Shown here piece after piece: positions 26,373 to 35,336 of a stretch of DNA of 54,492 nt. The position numbers were made by a program, and so were the translations under genes. The DNA is from an uncultured Methanoregula sp. (GTDB taxonomy: Archaea; Halobacteriota; Methanomicrobia; Methanomicrobiales; Methanospirillaceae), in contig CAZVFG010000001.1 of assembly GCA_964626125.1 (NCBI GenBank), forward strand, positions 1 through 54,492. The letters are read 5' to 3'. The notes below the pieces were generated by a model. The model was not told the origin of the DNA. It made no database searches and worked only from the letters and a program-made list of their open reading frames with translations. Position 1 is the first letter of the stretch; each line of letters opens with the position of its first letter.

Positions 26373-27164
26373 TCATATGGTATACATGGCGGATGCAACA
26401 AGGTCTTTCCAGTACTCATCGCAGCTTTCTGTGCAATACCCCCCGATCACCACCTGATCCGGATCAAGGTGTGACAAGGCACAAGCGATCGATTCTTTGT
26501 CAGCGTTCAGTACAATAATCTGATGAAGGTCATACTCATTTGCAAGATCAAACACCAACTCTAGATGTTCTGTATCAACTGCGATCTGCCGCTGGTATTC
26601 CATCAGGGTTTGAAGCCCTTCATGACCCGGCTTGCTTTGGATGAAAAAGACCTTCTGCCGGGCGAGTGCTGAGATCTCCGCTTCGTCAACCTGATCGCAG
26701 ATAAGGACATGCCCCGTGATCCCTACGTCCCTCATCGAGCGCATCAGATTGCGGTATACACCTGTAATCGCATCATTCCATTCGTCTTCATCATCATAAT
26801 ATGAATCCCTGATCCCAAGGACGTGCGGGGCCGGGAACGCACACCAGACCCCTTTTTTCTGTGCAACAATATTTTTTGCGTCTTTTATGACTGCCGCGTC
26901 ACTCACTCCGATCTCATCGACTGCCTGATGATTCTGGATACCAATCAGGCACTCCAAAATCCGGTCCTGATAGAATTTTCCACCGGCGCAGGGCAGCGTG
27001 ATTCCAGCAGAAATCTGTGGGGCGAGTGATTGATCGAGGCCAAATGAGATAAGATCGCCGGATTTCCCACGATGCTCTGCCACCCACATTGCGAGCATCG
27101 GGATGTCCGGCACACCGGGCTCTGCACCGAATCCCCGTGTTGGAAGTATGCGTCGTTTTGCCAT
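26373..27164 (-). CDS. hypothetical protein, 263 aa, no recognised domain
   Basis: Long ORF with normal composition and an alternating hydrophobic/charged alpha-beta-like pattern. No motif that I can name. Confidence 0.6.
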   Translation of the reverse strand: MAKRRILPTRGFGAEPGVPDIPMLAMWVAEHRGKSGDLISFGLDQSLAPQISAGITLPCAGGKFYQDRILECLIGIQNHQAVDEIGVSDAAVIKDAKNIVAQKKGVWCAFPAPHVLGIRDSYYDDEDEWNDAITGVYRNLMRSMRDVGITGHVLICDQVDEAEISALARQKVFFIQSKPGHEGLQTLMEYQRQIAVDTEHLELVFDLANEYDLHQIIVLNADKESIACALSHLDPDQVVIGGYCTESCDEYWKDLVASAMYTI

Positions 27165-27509
27165 GGTCTTATCTTGAATCCAGAGAGTTCACACAAGGTT
27201 AATAAGTTTTAATTACAGGATTAACGTTTTGATCGTATAACCTGCTTGGGATAAGACAGCCCCCACACAATAAAAACCAAGCCAATAATAAAAAAAACCA
27301 CAAAGGACAACTGATATCACATACCTAGTCAGGTGTATCAAAATAATAATGCAAAAACACATTAACTCGAATCCCAAATCAGTTTTCTGATTTTAGTTTC
27401 CATGGGATCATTCAGGCACCTGTCATTCAGTAACTTGTTTTTTTTCTTGTTCGAATTAGCGCAGATTTTCAAAACAGGAGTTATTTCCCTCCCGTATAAA
27501 GAGATTACT

Positions 27510-27872
27510 TCAGTACACGCAACCGCAGGGTGAACTGAATTGACGGCAGAAAAAAGACCTCCAGACATCGCATCGCATATTTTCACATAGAACAGCACAT
27601 TCGTCACGCCTCTTATCGCAGTTAAAAAAACAGTAATTTTTTTCAGAATCAGATTGGTTAGTCTGACACTTCTCCCTGCACCGGGACATTTGCTGATAAC
27701 AATTTTGATGACATTGTGTCAAATCCTGGTTTGTAAGCGGCTTTAGCACTGCTTTCTGGTTTGAAGGAACAATCGCAAAAAAAAGGATGCTACAAACCAG
27801 CATAGCAGCGACAGCAAGGATCGCAATAAACAATACCAGTTTTTTTAGTTCATCGTTCGTGTTCACCACCAC
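27510..27872 (-). CDS. membrane-anchored cysteine-rich protein (GTG start) with duplicated CX3C-X6-CX3C motif
   Basis: N-terminal TM anchor LVLFIAILAVAAMLVCSILFFAIV, then 12 Cys in 70 aa: CHQNC-x6-CREKC ... CFFNC-x6-CAVLC ... C-x7-C-x6-CGC. A TATA-like TTTTATAG lies about 45 nt upstream. Embedded in an AT-rich patch. Confidence 0.5.
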   Translation of the reverse strand: MVVNTNDELKKLVLFIAILAVAAMLVCSILFFAIVPSNQKAVLKPLTNQDLTQCHQNCYQQMSRCREKCQTNQSDSEKNYCFFNCDKRRDECAVLCENMRCDVWRSFFCRQFSSPCGCVY

Positions 27873-28145
27873 AGAAAATTTGGATACGGGAAACTCGTTC
27901 TCTTTCTATAAAAGGGTAAGTTTTGGAACAGAAAATTTTTCACCCTGCTGCATTATCTGATAACCCGGGCACTCCCCTATCGGTTCCTACCTTTTATAAT
28001 GTCCACTTCCATGGCAAATGAAAATCAGATTAATTATCTGAATTAATACGTCAACACACCTTTCAGACCACGGACTATTCAAGTGTAATACCTTTTAAAA
28101 AACAAACTCAAGTATAATTACGCATAAGGACCAAAAAACGTAGTC

Positions 28146-30134
28146 ATGGATACACCACCACTGCTCGTTACCTGCGGGCTCCCGTACACCAACGGTCCCT
28201 GTCATCTCGGACACCTGCGCACCTATGTTCCAGCTGATGCTTTCGTGCGCTACATGCGGCGGGCTGGTGAAGAGGTGGTGTTTGTCTGCGGGTCGGATAA
28301 CCATGGAACCCCGATTGTTGTCTCCGCGGAGCAGGCAGGCGTCTCACCCCGCACACTTTCAGAGAAGTATCACGAGCATTTTGATACGACATTCAAACGG
28401 ATGTACGTGAAATTTGACCACTTCGGCATGACTGATGACCCGACAAACCACCAGCGTACAACCACAATTGTGGAATCCCTCATTAAAAACGGATACGTGT
28501 ACAATCAGGTAGTACATCAGGCATACTGCACGAAGTGCACGCGGTTTTTGCCCGACCGGTATGTTGAGGGGATCTGCCCCCACTGCGGAACGCTTGCCCG
28601 TGGTGACGAATGCGATCAGGGTTGCGGTAAACATCTCGAGCCCGGAGAGATCAGGGAGCCGGTCTGCAAAGTGTGCGGGACAAAGGCGGTGTTCCGGGAT
28701 CAGGAGCACTACTTCTTCAAACTCAGCGGGTTCAAGGATTTCCTGCTGCCGTATCTTGATACGGTGAAGGGGACAACGAACGCAAAGAACTACGCGATAG
28801 GCTGGATCAGGGAAGAACTCCACGACTGGTGCATCACCCGGACACTTGACTGGGGTGTGAAGTTTCCCGGGCGCGACGATCTTGTGGTCTATGTCTGGGT
28901 GGACGCACCTGTTGGATATATTGCATTTACCGAAGAATGGGCACAAAAAACAGGCAAGGACTGGAAGCAGTACTGGTGCAAAGAGAACCGGGTCACGCAC
29001 TTCATCGGCGGTGACATCATCTATCACCACTGCATCTTCTGGCCGGCACTGCTCAAGGGTGCCGGCTATGGCGTGCCATACGCGATTGTCGCGAGTGGAA
29101 TGGTGAAGGTGGACGACCACAAGTTCTCAAAGACCCGGGGGTACGTGGTCTGGACAAACGAAGATTACCTCGACAGGGGACTTCCTGCCGATTACCTGCG
29201 CTACTATCTGCTCTCGTATACCAACCACACCAAGGAACTGAACTTCTCGTGGAAAGTTTTTGGTGAACGGATCAACAACGAGGTCGTTAACATTTTCGGC
29301 AACTTCGTATATCGCACGCTCTTCTTTGCCCACAAGGAGTTTGGCGGTATACCGGAAGGTGCGGTTGATCCCGCGATAACGGCAGAGATTGAAAAATGCA
29401 TAAAGATTGTCGATGCTTACATGCAGGATTACGAATTCAAGGGCGCGGTGGACGCGGTGATGAGCCTTGCGGCATTTGGCAATACCTATATGCAAGGCAA
29501 TGCCCCGTGGAAGCTTGTAAAGACCGACCGGGCGGCAGCAGCAAAGGTGATTAAAAACAGCATCCAGCTCATTAAAGCCCTGGCACTCATGATTGAGCCG
29601 GTAATGCCGGCAAAAGCACAGGAATGCTGGGTGATGCTGGGGTACACCAATGCAATCGCTGTTCACCCAATCAGCGACGCGACACAACCCGTGCCGGCTC
29701 GCACGGTCCCTGTACCAAAACCACTGTTTACCCGGATGGAGGAGGATCAGATCAAAGAGCTTGACACCCTCCTCCAGAAGCGCGTGAAAGAGGCAGAGAA
29801 GAAATCGGAGAGGATCCCCATGGTAAGCTTTGAAGAATTCCAGAAACTTGACATCCGTACTGGCAGGGTTCTGTCATGCGAGCTGGTGCCCGGATCAAAC
29901 AAGCTGCTCAAGCTGCAGGTCGACATCGGCAGCGAGCAGCGCCAGATCGTCGCCGGAATGCAGCAGTTCTATAAACCCGAGGATCTGGTGGGCAGGGATG
30001 TGGTTGTCGTCATCAACCTCGCACCAGTAAAAATTTTTGGCGTGGAAAGCAACGCTATGATCCTCGCTGCCGGTGATACTGCTTCGATACTTGTACCATT
30101 GAAACCCGTCGAACCGGGGACCAAGATTCGGTAA
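28146..30134 (+). CDS. metG: methionine--tRNA ligase with C-terminal tRNA-binding (Trbp111/EMAP-like) domain
   Basis: HIGH region (PYTNGPCHLGH), Zn knuckles (CPHCG, CKVCG), KFSKTRG (KMSKS), and a C-terminal KLDIRTGRV...LLKLQVDIG. Confidence 0.95.
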   Translation: MDTPPLLVTCGLPYTNGPCHLGHLRTYVPADAFVRYMRRAGEEVVFVCGSDNHGTPIVVSAEQAGVSPRTLSEKYHEHFDTTFKRMYVKFDHFGMTDDPTNHQRTTTIVESLIKNGYVYNQVVHQAYCTKCTRFLPDRYVEGICPHCGTLARGDECDQGCGKHLEPGEIREPVCKVCGTKAVFRDQEHYFFKLSGFKDFLLPYLDTVKGTTNAKNYAIGWIREELHDWCITRTLDWGVKFPGRDDLVVYVWVDAPVGYIAFTEEWAQKTGKDWKQYWCKENRVTHFIGGDIIYHHCIFWPALLKGAGYGVPYAIVASGMVKVDDHKFSKTRGYVVWTNEDYLDRGLPADYLRYYLLSYTNHTKELNFSWKVFGERINNEVVNIFGNFVYRTLFFAHKEFGGIPEGAVDPAITAEIEKCIKIVDAYMQDYEFKGAVDAVMSLAAFGNTYMQGNAPWKLVKTDRAAAAKVIKNSIQLIKALALMIEPVMPAKAQECWVMLGYTNAIAVHPISDATQPVPARTVPVPKPLFTRMEEDQIKELDTLLQKRVKEAEKKSERIPMVSFEEFQKLDIRTGRVLSCELVPGSNKLLKLQVDIGSEQRQIVAGMQQFYKPEDLVGRDVVVVINLAPVKIFGVESNAMILAAGDTASILVPLKPVEPGTKIR

Positions 30135-30142
30135 TTTCAAAA

Positions 30143-30148
30143 TTTTTT
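30143..30148 (+). terminator. oligo-T tract after metG
   Basis: AAAATTTTTTCG lies 9 nt after the TAA stop. Confidence 0.45.
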
Positions 30149-30418
30149 CGTACCCTCAAAGAATGTCCCCTGCATATTCAGGATATGACAAGTGACGGGA
30201 TTTAATGAATCTCATGACTGCAATCGCACTAACAGTCATTTGCATCGGGTCGGGTCTAACCTTCCCACGTAGTGGAATTTATCTGGTATGGTTGAGAGGC
30301 GTTACGATGTTGCGGTCGGTATCCCCATAATCACAGGAAATTTCCATGGACCTGGCCATAAAAAAATGATAGAATTATTCCATGATGTGATGTTGAACTG
30401 TTGATGACGTAAAAAATG

Positions 30419-31021
30419 CTACTTCATTGCATCGGTGATTGCTTCTTTTACCTTCTCATTTTCCTCAGTTTCAAGCGCATTTTTGAGCGCAATATTCACC
30501 TTCTTCCCACCGATTGTACCGAGTGCCCGCGCCGCCATCATCCGGACGTACTTGTTCTCGTCCTTTAACAGGATAACCATGGGCTCGATTGCTTCGGAGT
30601 CACCGAGTTCACGCAGCCCTTTTGCAGCCATATACCGTACATGATCCCGATTGTCTTTCAGTGCCTGAATGAGTGGTTGTACCGCTTTTTCATCAGCAAT
30701 CTTGCCGAGTGCTTCCGCTGCCCGGTACCGGGTTTCCCACTTTTTTTCTTTCATCGCACCGGCAAGTGGTTCGATTGCCGACTTGCCAATCGAAGAAAGC
30801 GCAAGGGTTGCCTGCTCCCGTACTGACTTGTCAAAGTCCGCCAGCGCTTCGATGAGGGGCTGGATGGCACGCGGATTTTTCGCTTGACCAAGAAGGTATG
30901 CAGCATACTGCCTTACCTGAGGGTCAGTACTGTTCCGCAGTGCGCGAGCCATTCCCTCAAGTCCCTGTTTCTCAATCTCCTCAGCCCCTTCGGGTTTTTC
31001 TGGTATATTTGCGTCTGCCAT
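30419..31021 (-). CDS. HEAT-repeat (PBS-lyase-type) protein
   Basis: Repeated units of the form VRxxAAxALGxIGDxxAIxPLIxALKD. ATG 31021 is preceded by GGAGGA. Confidence 0.8.
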   Translation of the reverse strand: MADANIPEKPEGAEEIEKQGLEGMARALRNSTDPQVRQYAAYLLGQAKNPRAIQPLIEALADFDKSVREQATLALSSIGKSAIEPLAGAMKEKKWETRYRAAEALGKIADEKAVQPLIQALKDNRDHVRYMAAKGLRELGDSEAIEPMVILLKDENKYVRMMAARALGTIGGKKVNIALKNALETEENEKVKEAITDAMK

Positions 31022-31199
31022 AGTTCCTCCATGAAGTATCACCTGCAGGATTATTTAAGTCCGATCACATGCGTGCAAGCCCTGAAGTATCATTAAAAAC
31101 TCTTACGTGGTAAACAAGAGAAAGGAAATTTGCCAGATAACTGCGAATCCCTTCGCAGTTTACCATGAAAATATATATTCTTGCGGTTGAGTGAGTGGT

Positions 31200-32129
31200 A
31201 TGAACTACAAACTCATCGCTCTCTTACTGGTGTGCTGTGCAGTTGCCGCCACCGGTTGTACGGGGGTTAGGGAGAGTGTGGTCCCTGGCGGGGATACGAA
31301 TCCGTCCGGGGGCCAGGTGGACAGGAGCTGGGGCGGACTTTCTGAACAAAAAACATCCAGCGCATACCCGATGGCGGTCCCAACCAGTGCACTTCAACAG
31401 TCAGACAGCACGACAAGCCTGCCGGGGGCCGGAATCGAGACCAAGATCATCAAAACCGGCCAGGCGACCATTGAGGTCAAGGATGTTGTCGCATCGGTCG
31501 ATGCACTGAAAGCGCTTGCGGTACAAAAGGGTGGGTACATTTCCTCCTCAAACCTCCAGAAAAACTACAACAACAGGCTCTCGGCAACAGTTGTACTCCG
31601 CGTCCCGCAATCGCAATTTGACTCGGTGATGGATAGCGTCAAAGCAGCCGGCACAGTGAAAACAGTCTCCACATCAGGACAGGACGTCACTGAGGAATAT
31701 ATCGATCTTACTGCAAGGAAGACTGCGAACCAGAACCAGCTCGATGCCTATAACCGGATCATGGCAAAGAGTGAGAAAGTAGAAGACATCCTCAAAGTGC
31801 AGCAGCAGATCGAACGGGTGCAGGTGGAACTTGACCGGATTGAGGGCAGGATGCGGTACCTGAACAGCCGTATTGACCTCTCGACCATTACCGTGACCCT
31901 TCAGGAACCGGAACCTGTCGGCGGTGAGACGGGCCATTCCTTTGTCACCGCAATCAACGATGGTATCAGCGGGTTCTTCGGTATGATCGATGTAATCATT
32001 ATCCTGATCTTCACGTTCCTCCCGCTTATCATCATTGGAGGGGCTGCCTACGGGGTGTACCGCTGGAGAAAGGGTAAAAATACAGCAACAACCGCTCCGG
32101 CACCCCAACAGCAGGAGAAGAAATCCTAA
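31200..32129 (+). CDS. DUF4349-like lipobox protein (coiled-coil plus C-terminal TM)
   Basis: Lipobox MNYKLIALLLVCCAVAATGC, IIKTGQATIEVKDV, DVTEEYIDLTAR, a coiled-coil, and a C-terminal TM. A T7 run at 32136-32142 follows the stop. Confidence 0.7.
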   Translation: MNYKLIALLLVCCAVAATGCTGVRESVVPGGDTNPSGGQVDRSWGGLSEQKTSSAYPMAVPTSALQQSDSTTSLPGAGIETKIIKTGQATIEVKDVVASVDALKALAVQKGGYISSSNLQKNYNNRLSATVVLRVPQSQFDSVMDSVKAAGTVKTVSTSGQDVTEEYIDLTARKTANQNQLDAYNRIMAKSEKVEDILKVQQQIERVQVELDRIEGRMRYLNSRIDLSTITVTLQEPEPVGGETGHSFVTAINDGISGFFGMIDVIIILIFTFLPLIIIGGAAYGVYRWRKGKNTATTAPAPQQQEKKS

Positions 32130-32265
32130 TCTGTCTTTTTTTAATAAATAGTTCCCCACCACATGGGTAGGTAGCGAAGATCACCGCGGTTGTCAGGGAG
32201 ATTGTCGCTGGAGGATATATCTACAATAATTGCAATTCCGCGTTTTAGATCTTAAAAAAGGGGAT

Positions 32266-33996
32266 TCAGGTAGGGATAATTGTCGTGGTCGCTGGTGGTG
32301 TTGTACGTACCGTTGTCACATTTCCGGCAGGAGTTGTAGGTTTCTGGGTCTGTGTGGCGGTTGCATTAACCGCAGTTGGTTTCGCAGTTGGGGTTTGCGT
32401 GGGTGTTAATTTCAAATCAACCAAATACTCAACGGTACCTTTTGGTTTGGTTGTCTTGCCGCTCTTGACCACGGCTCCATTCTTGTAAACGTCAACTACC
32501 AGCTCGTTTCCCGAGCCATCGATCTTCTGAATCGATACCTGCACGATTCCATCGCCGGCCGGGATCTGATAGAATTGATCACCGCTGCTGGTCACCTGTT
32601 GCAGATTCGCTGGTACTCCGAACGATCCTTTCCATCCTCCGAGGTAACTCACCTTCACCCATACTCCTGTGGGAGGAAAAAGGGGGGGTGGCGGCGTTGC
32701 TGGAGGCGCGGTTGTTGGCAAGGGTGTAGGAACAGGGGTTGTCGGGAGTATTGTCGGTATTGCAGTTTCAACAGGTTCCTGAACAGAAGGTGCCCTGCCC
32801 AGATATTTCATGTACACAAATGCCCCCCCTGCGATCGCGATGATGAAAATGACAATGAAAGCAATGGTGATGTACTTATTTTTGCGGGATCCGGGCGGTG
32901 GGATGCCCTGTTGGGGGGGAGAGGTGGGTGGGGCTCCTGCGGGAGTAGGCTGTTGTGGCAGGTCTTTACGCAGGAACAGCTTTGGGAAGATCGACCTCTT
33001 CCTCGGCGGTTGTGACGGAGTGGGGATAGCAGGAGGTCTGACAGGAGGTGTGGGAATTTGCGGGACGCTGACCTGCTCCACGGCAGGTTTTTCTGGTATG
33101 ATACTTTCAAGGGATGGCGTTGGTGGAGGCACAAGCGGTGCGGGTTCGCTCCTTGGCACTGATCCTTCAATGAGGGGTTCAATCGACCGTATGACGTCTT
33201 CAATCGGGCGCTCTTTGCGTTCGAGTTGTGCTGCCGATACGGTTGGGAGATGAGGGGGTCCCTGAGTGGTCGCTCTCTCAATACCACGCGGGACTTCGGG
33301 CCGGACTGGTGGGATGACCGAAGTTTCGGGTACTTTTTGGGCTGCCGATTCCACAATCATTTCCTGACCGGGAGGGGGGATCTTCGCGCCGCACCGGTTG
33401 CAGAATACCGAGCCAACCGGGACACGGTTGCCACACGCGGAACAGAATGAACCCTCCGGGAGGGAGGTCGTTTCTATGGGTTTTGGCGGGGCATTGCTCG
33501 TCTCCACAATTTTTTTGAGTGGTTGAACTGCATCGATCTCCTTCTTTGCGGAGGGCTTGCTCGCAATCTCGATTTTGGGTACTGGAGTTTCCTGTGGTTT
33601 TGGTTGGGGCTCCTGATCGAATACCGGGATGACCTTGCGGATTGCCTGCTGGAACGATGAGGAGGTATGCTGCTTCAGCGCTTTTACCCACTCGTCGCGC
33701 TCCCGCTTTCTGTTGCCTCCTGCCTCCCGGGAGAACGTGAGAACCACCTGGCGGGTCTCACCGGTGGTGGTGATGATCGACAGGTTAATAATCTGGTCGC
33801 GGATCGCATTCTCGCCAGACTCGATATCCCGCACGGTTGCGAGCAGGATATCTTTGGCTGGGATAAGATCTTTCTTCCGATCAATGAGAATGACGCGCTT
33901 GTTTGTGAGGATTGCCTCAAACGGGACGGATTTGACAAAAACATTCGGTGTTTTTAAAATTATGGATTCATCACTGTGCATATCGGGATCGGCCAT
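32266..33996 (-). CDS. single-pass membrane protein: N-terminal PH/GRAM-like domain, zinc ribbon, Pro-rich linkers, extracellular beta domain, Thr-rich tail
   Basis: CSACGNRVPVGSVFCNRCGAKI zinc ribbon, TM YITIAFIVIFIIAIAGGAFVYM, and long P/T-rich low-complexity regions. Confidence 0.7.
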   Translation of the reverse strand: MADPDMHSDESIILKTPNVFVKSVPFEAILTNKRVILIDRKKDLIPAKDILLATVRDIESGENAIRDQIINLSIITTTGETRQVVLTFSREAGGNRKRERDEWVKALKQHTSSSFQQAIRKVIPVFDQEPQPKPQETPVPKIEIASKPSAKKEIDAVQPLKKIVETSNAPPKPIETTSLPEGSFCSACGNRVPVGSVFCNRCGAKIPPPGQEMIVESAAQKVPETSVIPPVRPEVPRGIERATTQGPPHLPTVSAAQLERKERPIEDVIRSIEPLIEGSVPRSEPAPLVPPPTPSLESIIPEKPAVEQVSVPQIPTPPVRPPAIPTPSQPPRKRSIFPKLFLRKDLPQQPTPAGAPPTSPPQQGIPPPGSRKNKYITIAFIVIFIIAIAGGAFVYMKYLGRAPSVQEPVETAIPTILPTTPVPTPLPTTAPPATPPPPLFPPTGVWVKVSYLGGWKGSFGVPANLQQVTSSGDQFYQIPAGDGIVQVSIQKIDGSGNELVVDVYKNGAVVKSGKTTKPKGTVEYLVDLKLTPTQTPTAKPTAVNATATQTQKPTTPAGNVTTVRTTPPATTTIIPT

Positions 33997-34356
33997 ACTA
34001 CCACTTTCTCCGTTTATTCTGGTATGTCTGGGGGCAAAAAAGTATTTGTGGTAGAGATCAATGACAGCCCAGTAAAATTATCCATGGATTCATTGCAGGA
34101 TATGCCTTATGCCCATCATCTGTTCTCGATCATTATGTCCCGAAAAAAACACATTTCTGCTACACTTCATCATCGATGCAAAGACCTGCGGGGGTCATGA
34201 TGGCAGGTATTTGATCTGCAAAATCCTTTTATTATGCGAGCCGTCTTTTCACCAGTACGTTCCGCCATCACAACAATTCGTGTGAGTGAACGGTTCTAAA
34301 CCCGCTGCTCCAACATAAACAATTTTATCTTGTTTATCTCACAGTTGTCAGGGATC

Positions 34357-34977
34357 ATGAAATACACTGTCATTCTTGTGATGCTCCTGTGCGTGTGTAT
34401 CACTGCGGGATGTTCCTACCTCGATGAGGGGGCTCCGGCACGGTATCCGACGAATCCGCCAACCTCATTACCAACTCCGGAAAGCAAAGTAGCCACGGTG
34501 GAACCATATGCCATGGCACTCCATCTTACTGACCTGCCGGATGGCTACATCATCAAGGAGCGTTCAGAAGTGGCGTATGCAGAACTCAATCCGCTGGCAC
34601 GCGAAGAGGGGTGGAAACAGGGATATTATGTTGCGTTCTACCGGATGGATGTAAAAAACTATGATATCACGGGAATTACGCAGCAGATCAGCGTTTACCC
34701 TCTCGACCGTATAGGGATAATTTTTGACGATGCAAAAGGAAATCTTCTGTCCCGGGAAAATACGTCCATCACACTTACGGAACTTCCATTCCCAAAAACC
34801 GGCGACAGGACGGTTGCATTGAGAACCGTTGATGCCAATGATCCCTACGGGATTATGACTTATACCATTGTTTTTACCAAGAAGGATGTCCTGGAACAAA
34901 TCGATATGAGGGGCACGACAACCGATTATGAAGTATTGAAGAATATTGCAGCAACAGCGGCACAAAAGATCCGGTAG
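34357..34977 (+). CDS. lipobox protein, function unknown
   Basis: MKYTVILVMLLCVCITAGC lipobox. ATG 34357 is preferred over the upstream TTG 34330. Confidence 0.65.
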   Translation: MKYTVILVMLLCVCITAGCSYLDEGAPARYPTNPPTSLPTPESKVATVEPYAMALHLTDLPDGYIIKERSEVAYAELNPLAREEGWKQGYYVAFYRMDVKNYDITGITQQISVYPLDRIGIIFDDAKGNLLSRENTSITLTELPFPKTGDRTVALRTVDANDPYGIMTYTIVFTKKDVLEQIDMRGTTTDYEVLKNIAATAAQKIR

Positions 34978-35005
34978 GATTTTTTAATACTGGAAAAACG
35001 TCAAA

Positions 35006-35078
35006 CGCCCAGGTCGGAATTCGAATCCGAGTCGTTTGCGTGACAGGCAAACATGATAGGCCACTACACTACCTGGGC
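35006..35078 (-). tRNA. tRNA-Asp (GTC)
   Basis: Hand-folded: GCCCAGG ... TTTGC CTGTCAC GCAAA ... TCGGA TTCGAAT TCCGA CCTGGGC G. Confidence 0.9.
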
Positions 35079-35094
35079 TCTGGTTAAACAGATG

Positions 35095-35201
35095 TCCCGC
35101 CTCCCGGATTCGAACCGGGGACATCGCGGTAGCTGCGCAGTTACCGAAAACCGGTAAACCATACTACAGCCGCGCACTCTACCAAGCTGAGTTAAGGCGG
35201 G
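35095..35201 (-). tRNA. tRNA-Tyr (GTA) with a 33-nt intron at the canonical 37/38 position
   Basis: Hand-folded: CCCGCCT TA ACTC AGCTTGGTA GAGT G CGCGG CTGTAG [TATGGTTTACCGGTTTTCGGTAACTGCGCAGCT] A CCGCG ATGTC CCCGG TTCGAAT CCGGG AGGCGGG A. The C1:G72 pair is the archaeal Tyr identity feature. It lies 16 nt upstream of tRNA-Asp. Confidence 0.85.
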
Positions 35202-35290
35202 GCACTGCGCTCATACTATAGGGATGATCGGGTATTAAACATATCGTTATACCGCCTGAATTTGCGTTGTTTTTAAAAATCACGGTGTTA

Positions 35291-35298
35291 TTTATATA
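35291..35298 (+). promoter_or_regulatory. TATA-box-like TTTATATA upstream of the cimA/leuA-family gene
   Basis: Matches the archaeal TATA consensus TTTAWATA and lies 39-46 nt upstream of the TTG start at 35337. Confidence 0.4.
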
Positions 35299-35336
35299 AT
35301 CAGCGTGCAAACCATAGGGTATGGCTCGCAAGAACG

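Noticed and set aside
27362-27607. 81-aa ORF overlapping the 3' end of the Cys-rich gene
   Set aside because: It has no TM segment or motif and lies in a different frame from the better-structured 120-aa ORF. It is probably a chance ORF, although a frameshift relationship cannot be excluded.
30205-30330. 41-aa hydrophobic mini-ORF (MNLMTAIALTVICIGSGLTF...) between the converging metG and HEAT genes
   Set aside because: It is plausible as a small membrane peptide. However, it has no Shine-Dalgarno sequence, promoter or conservation evidence available, and it lies in a terminator zone. It is too weak to report as a feature.
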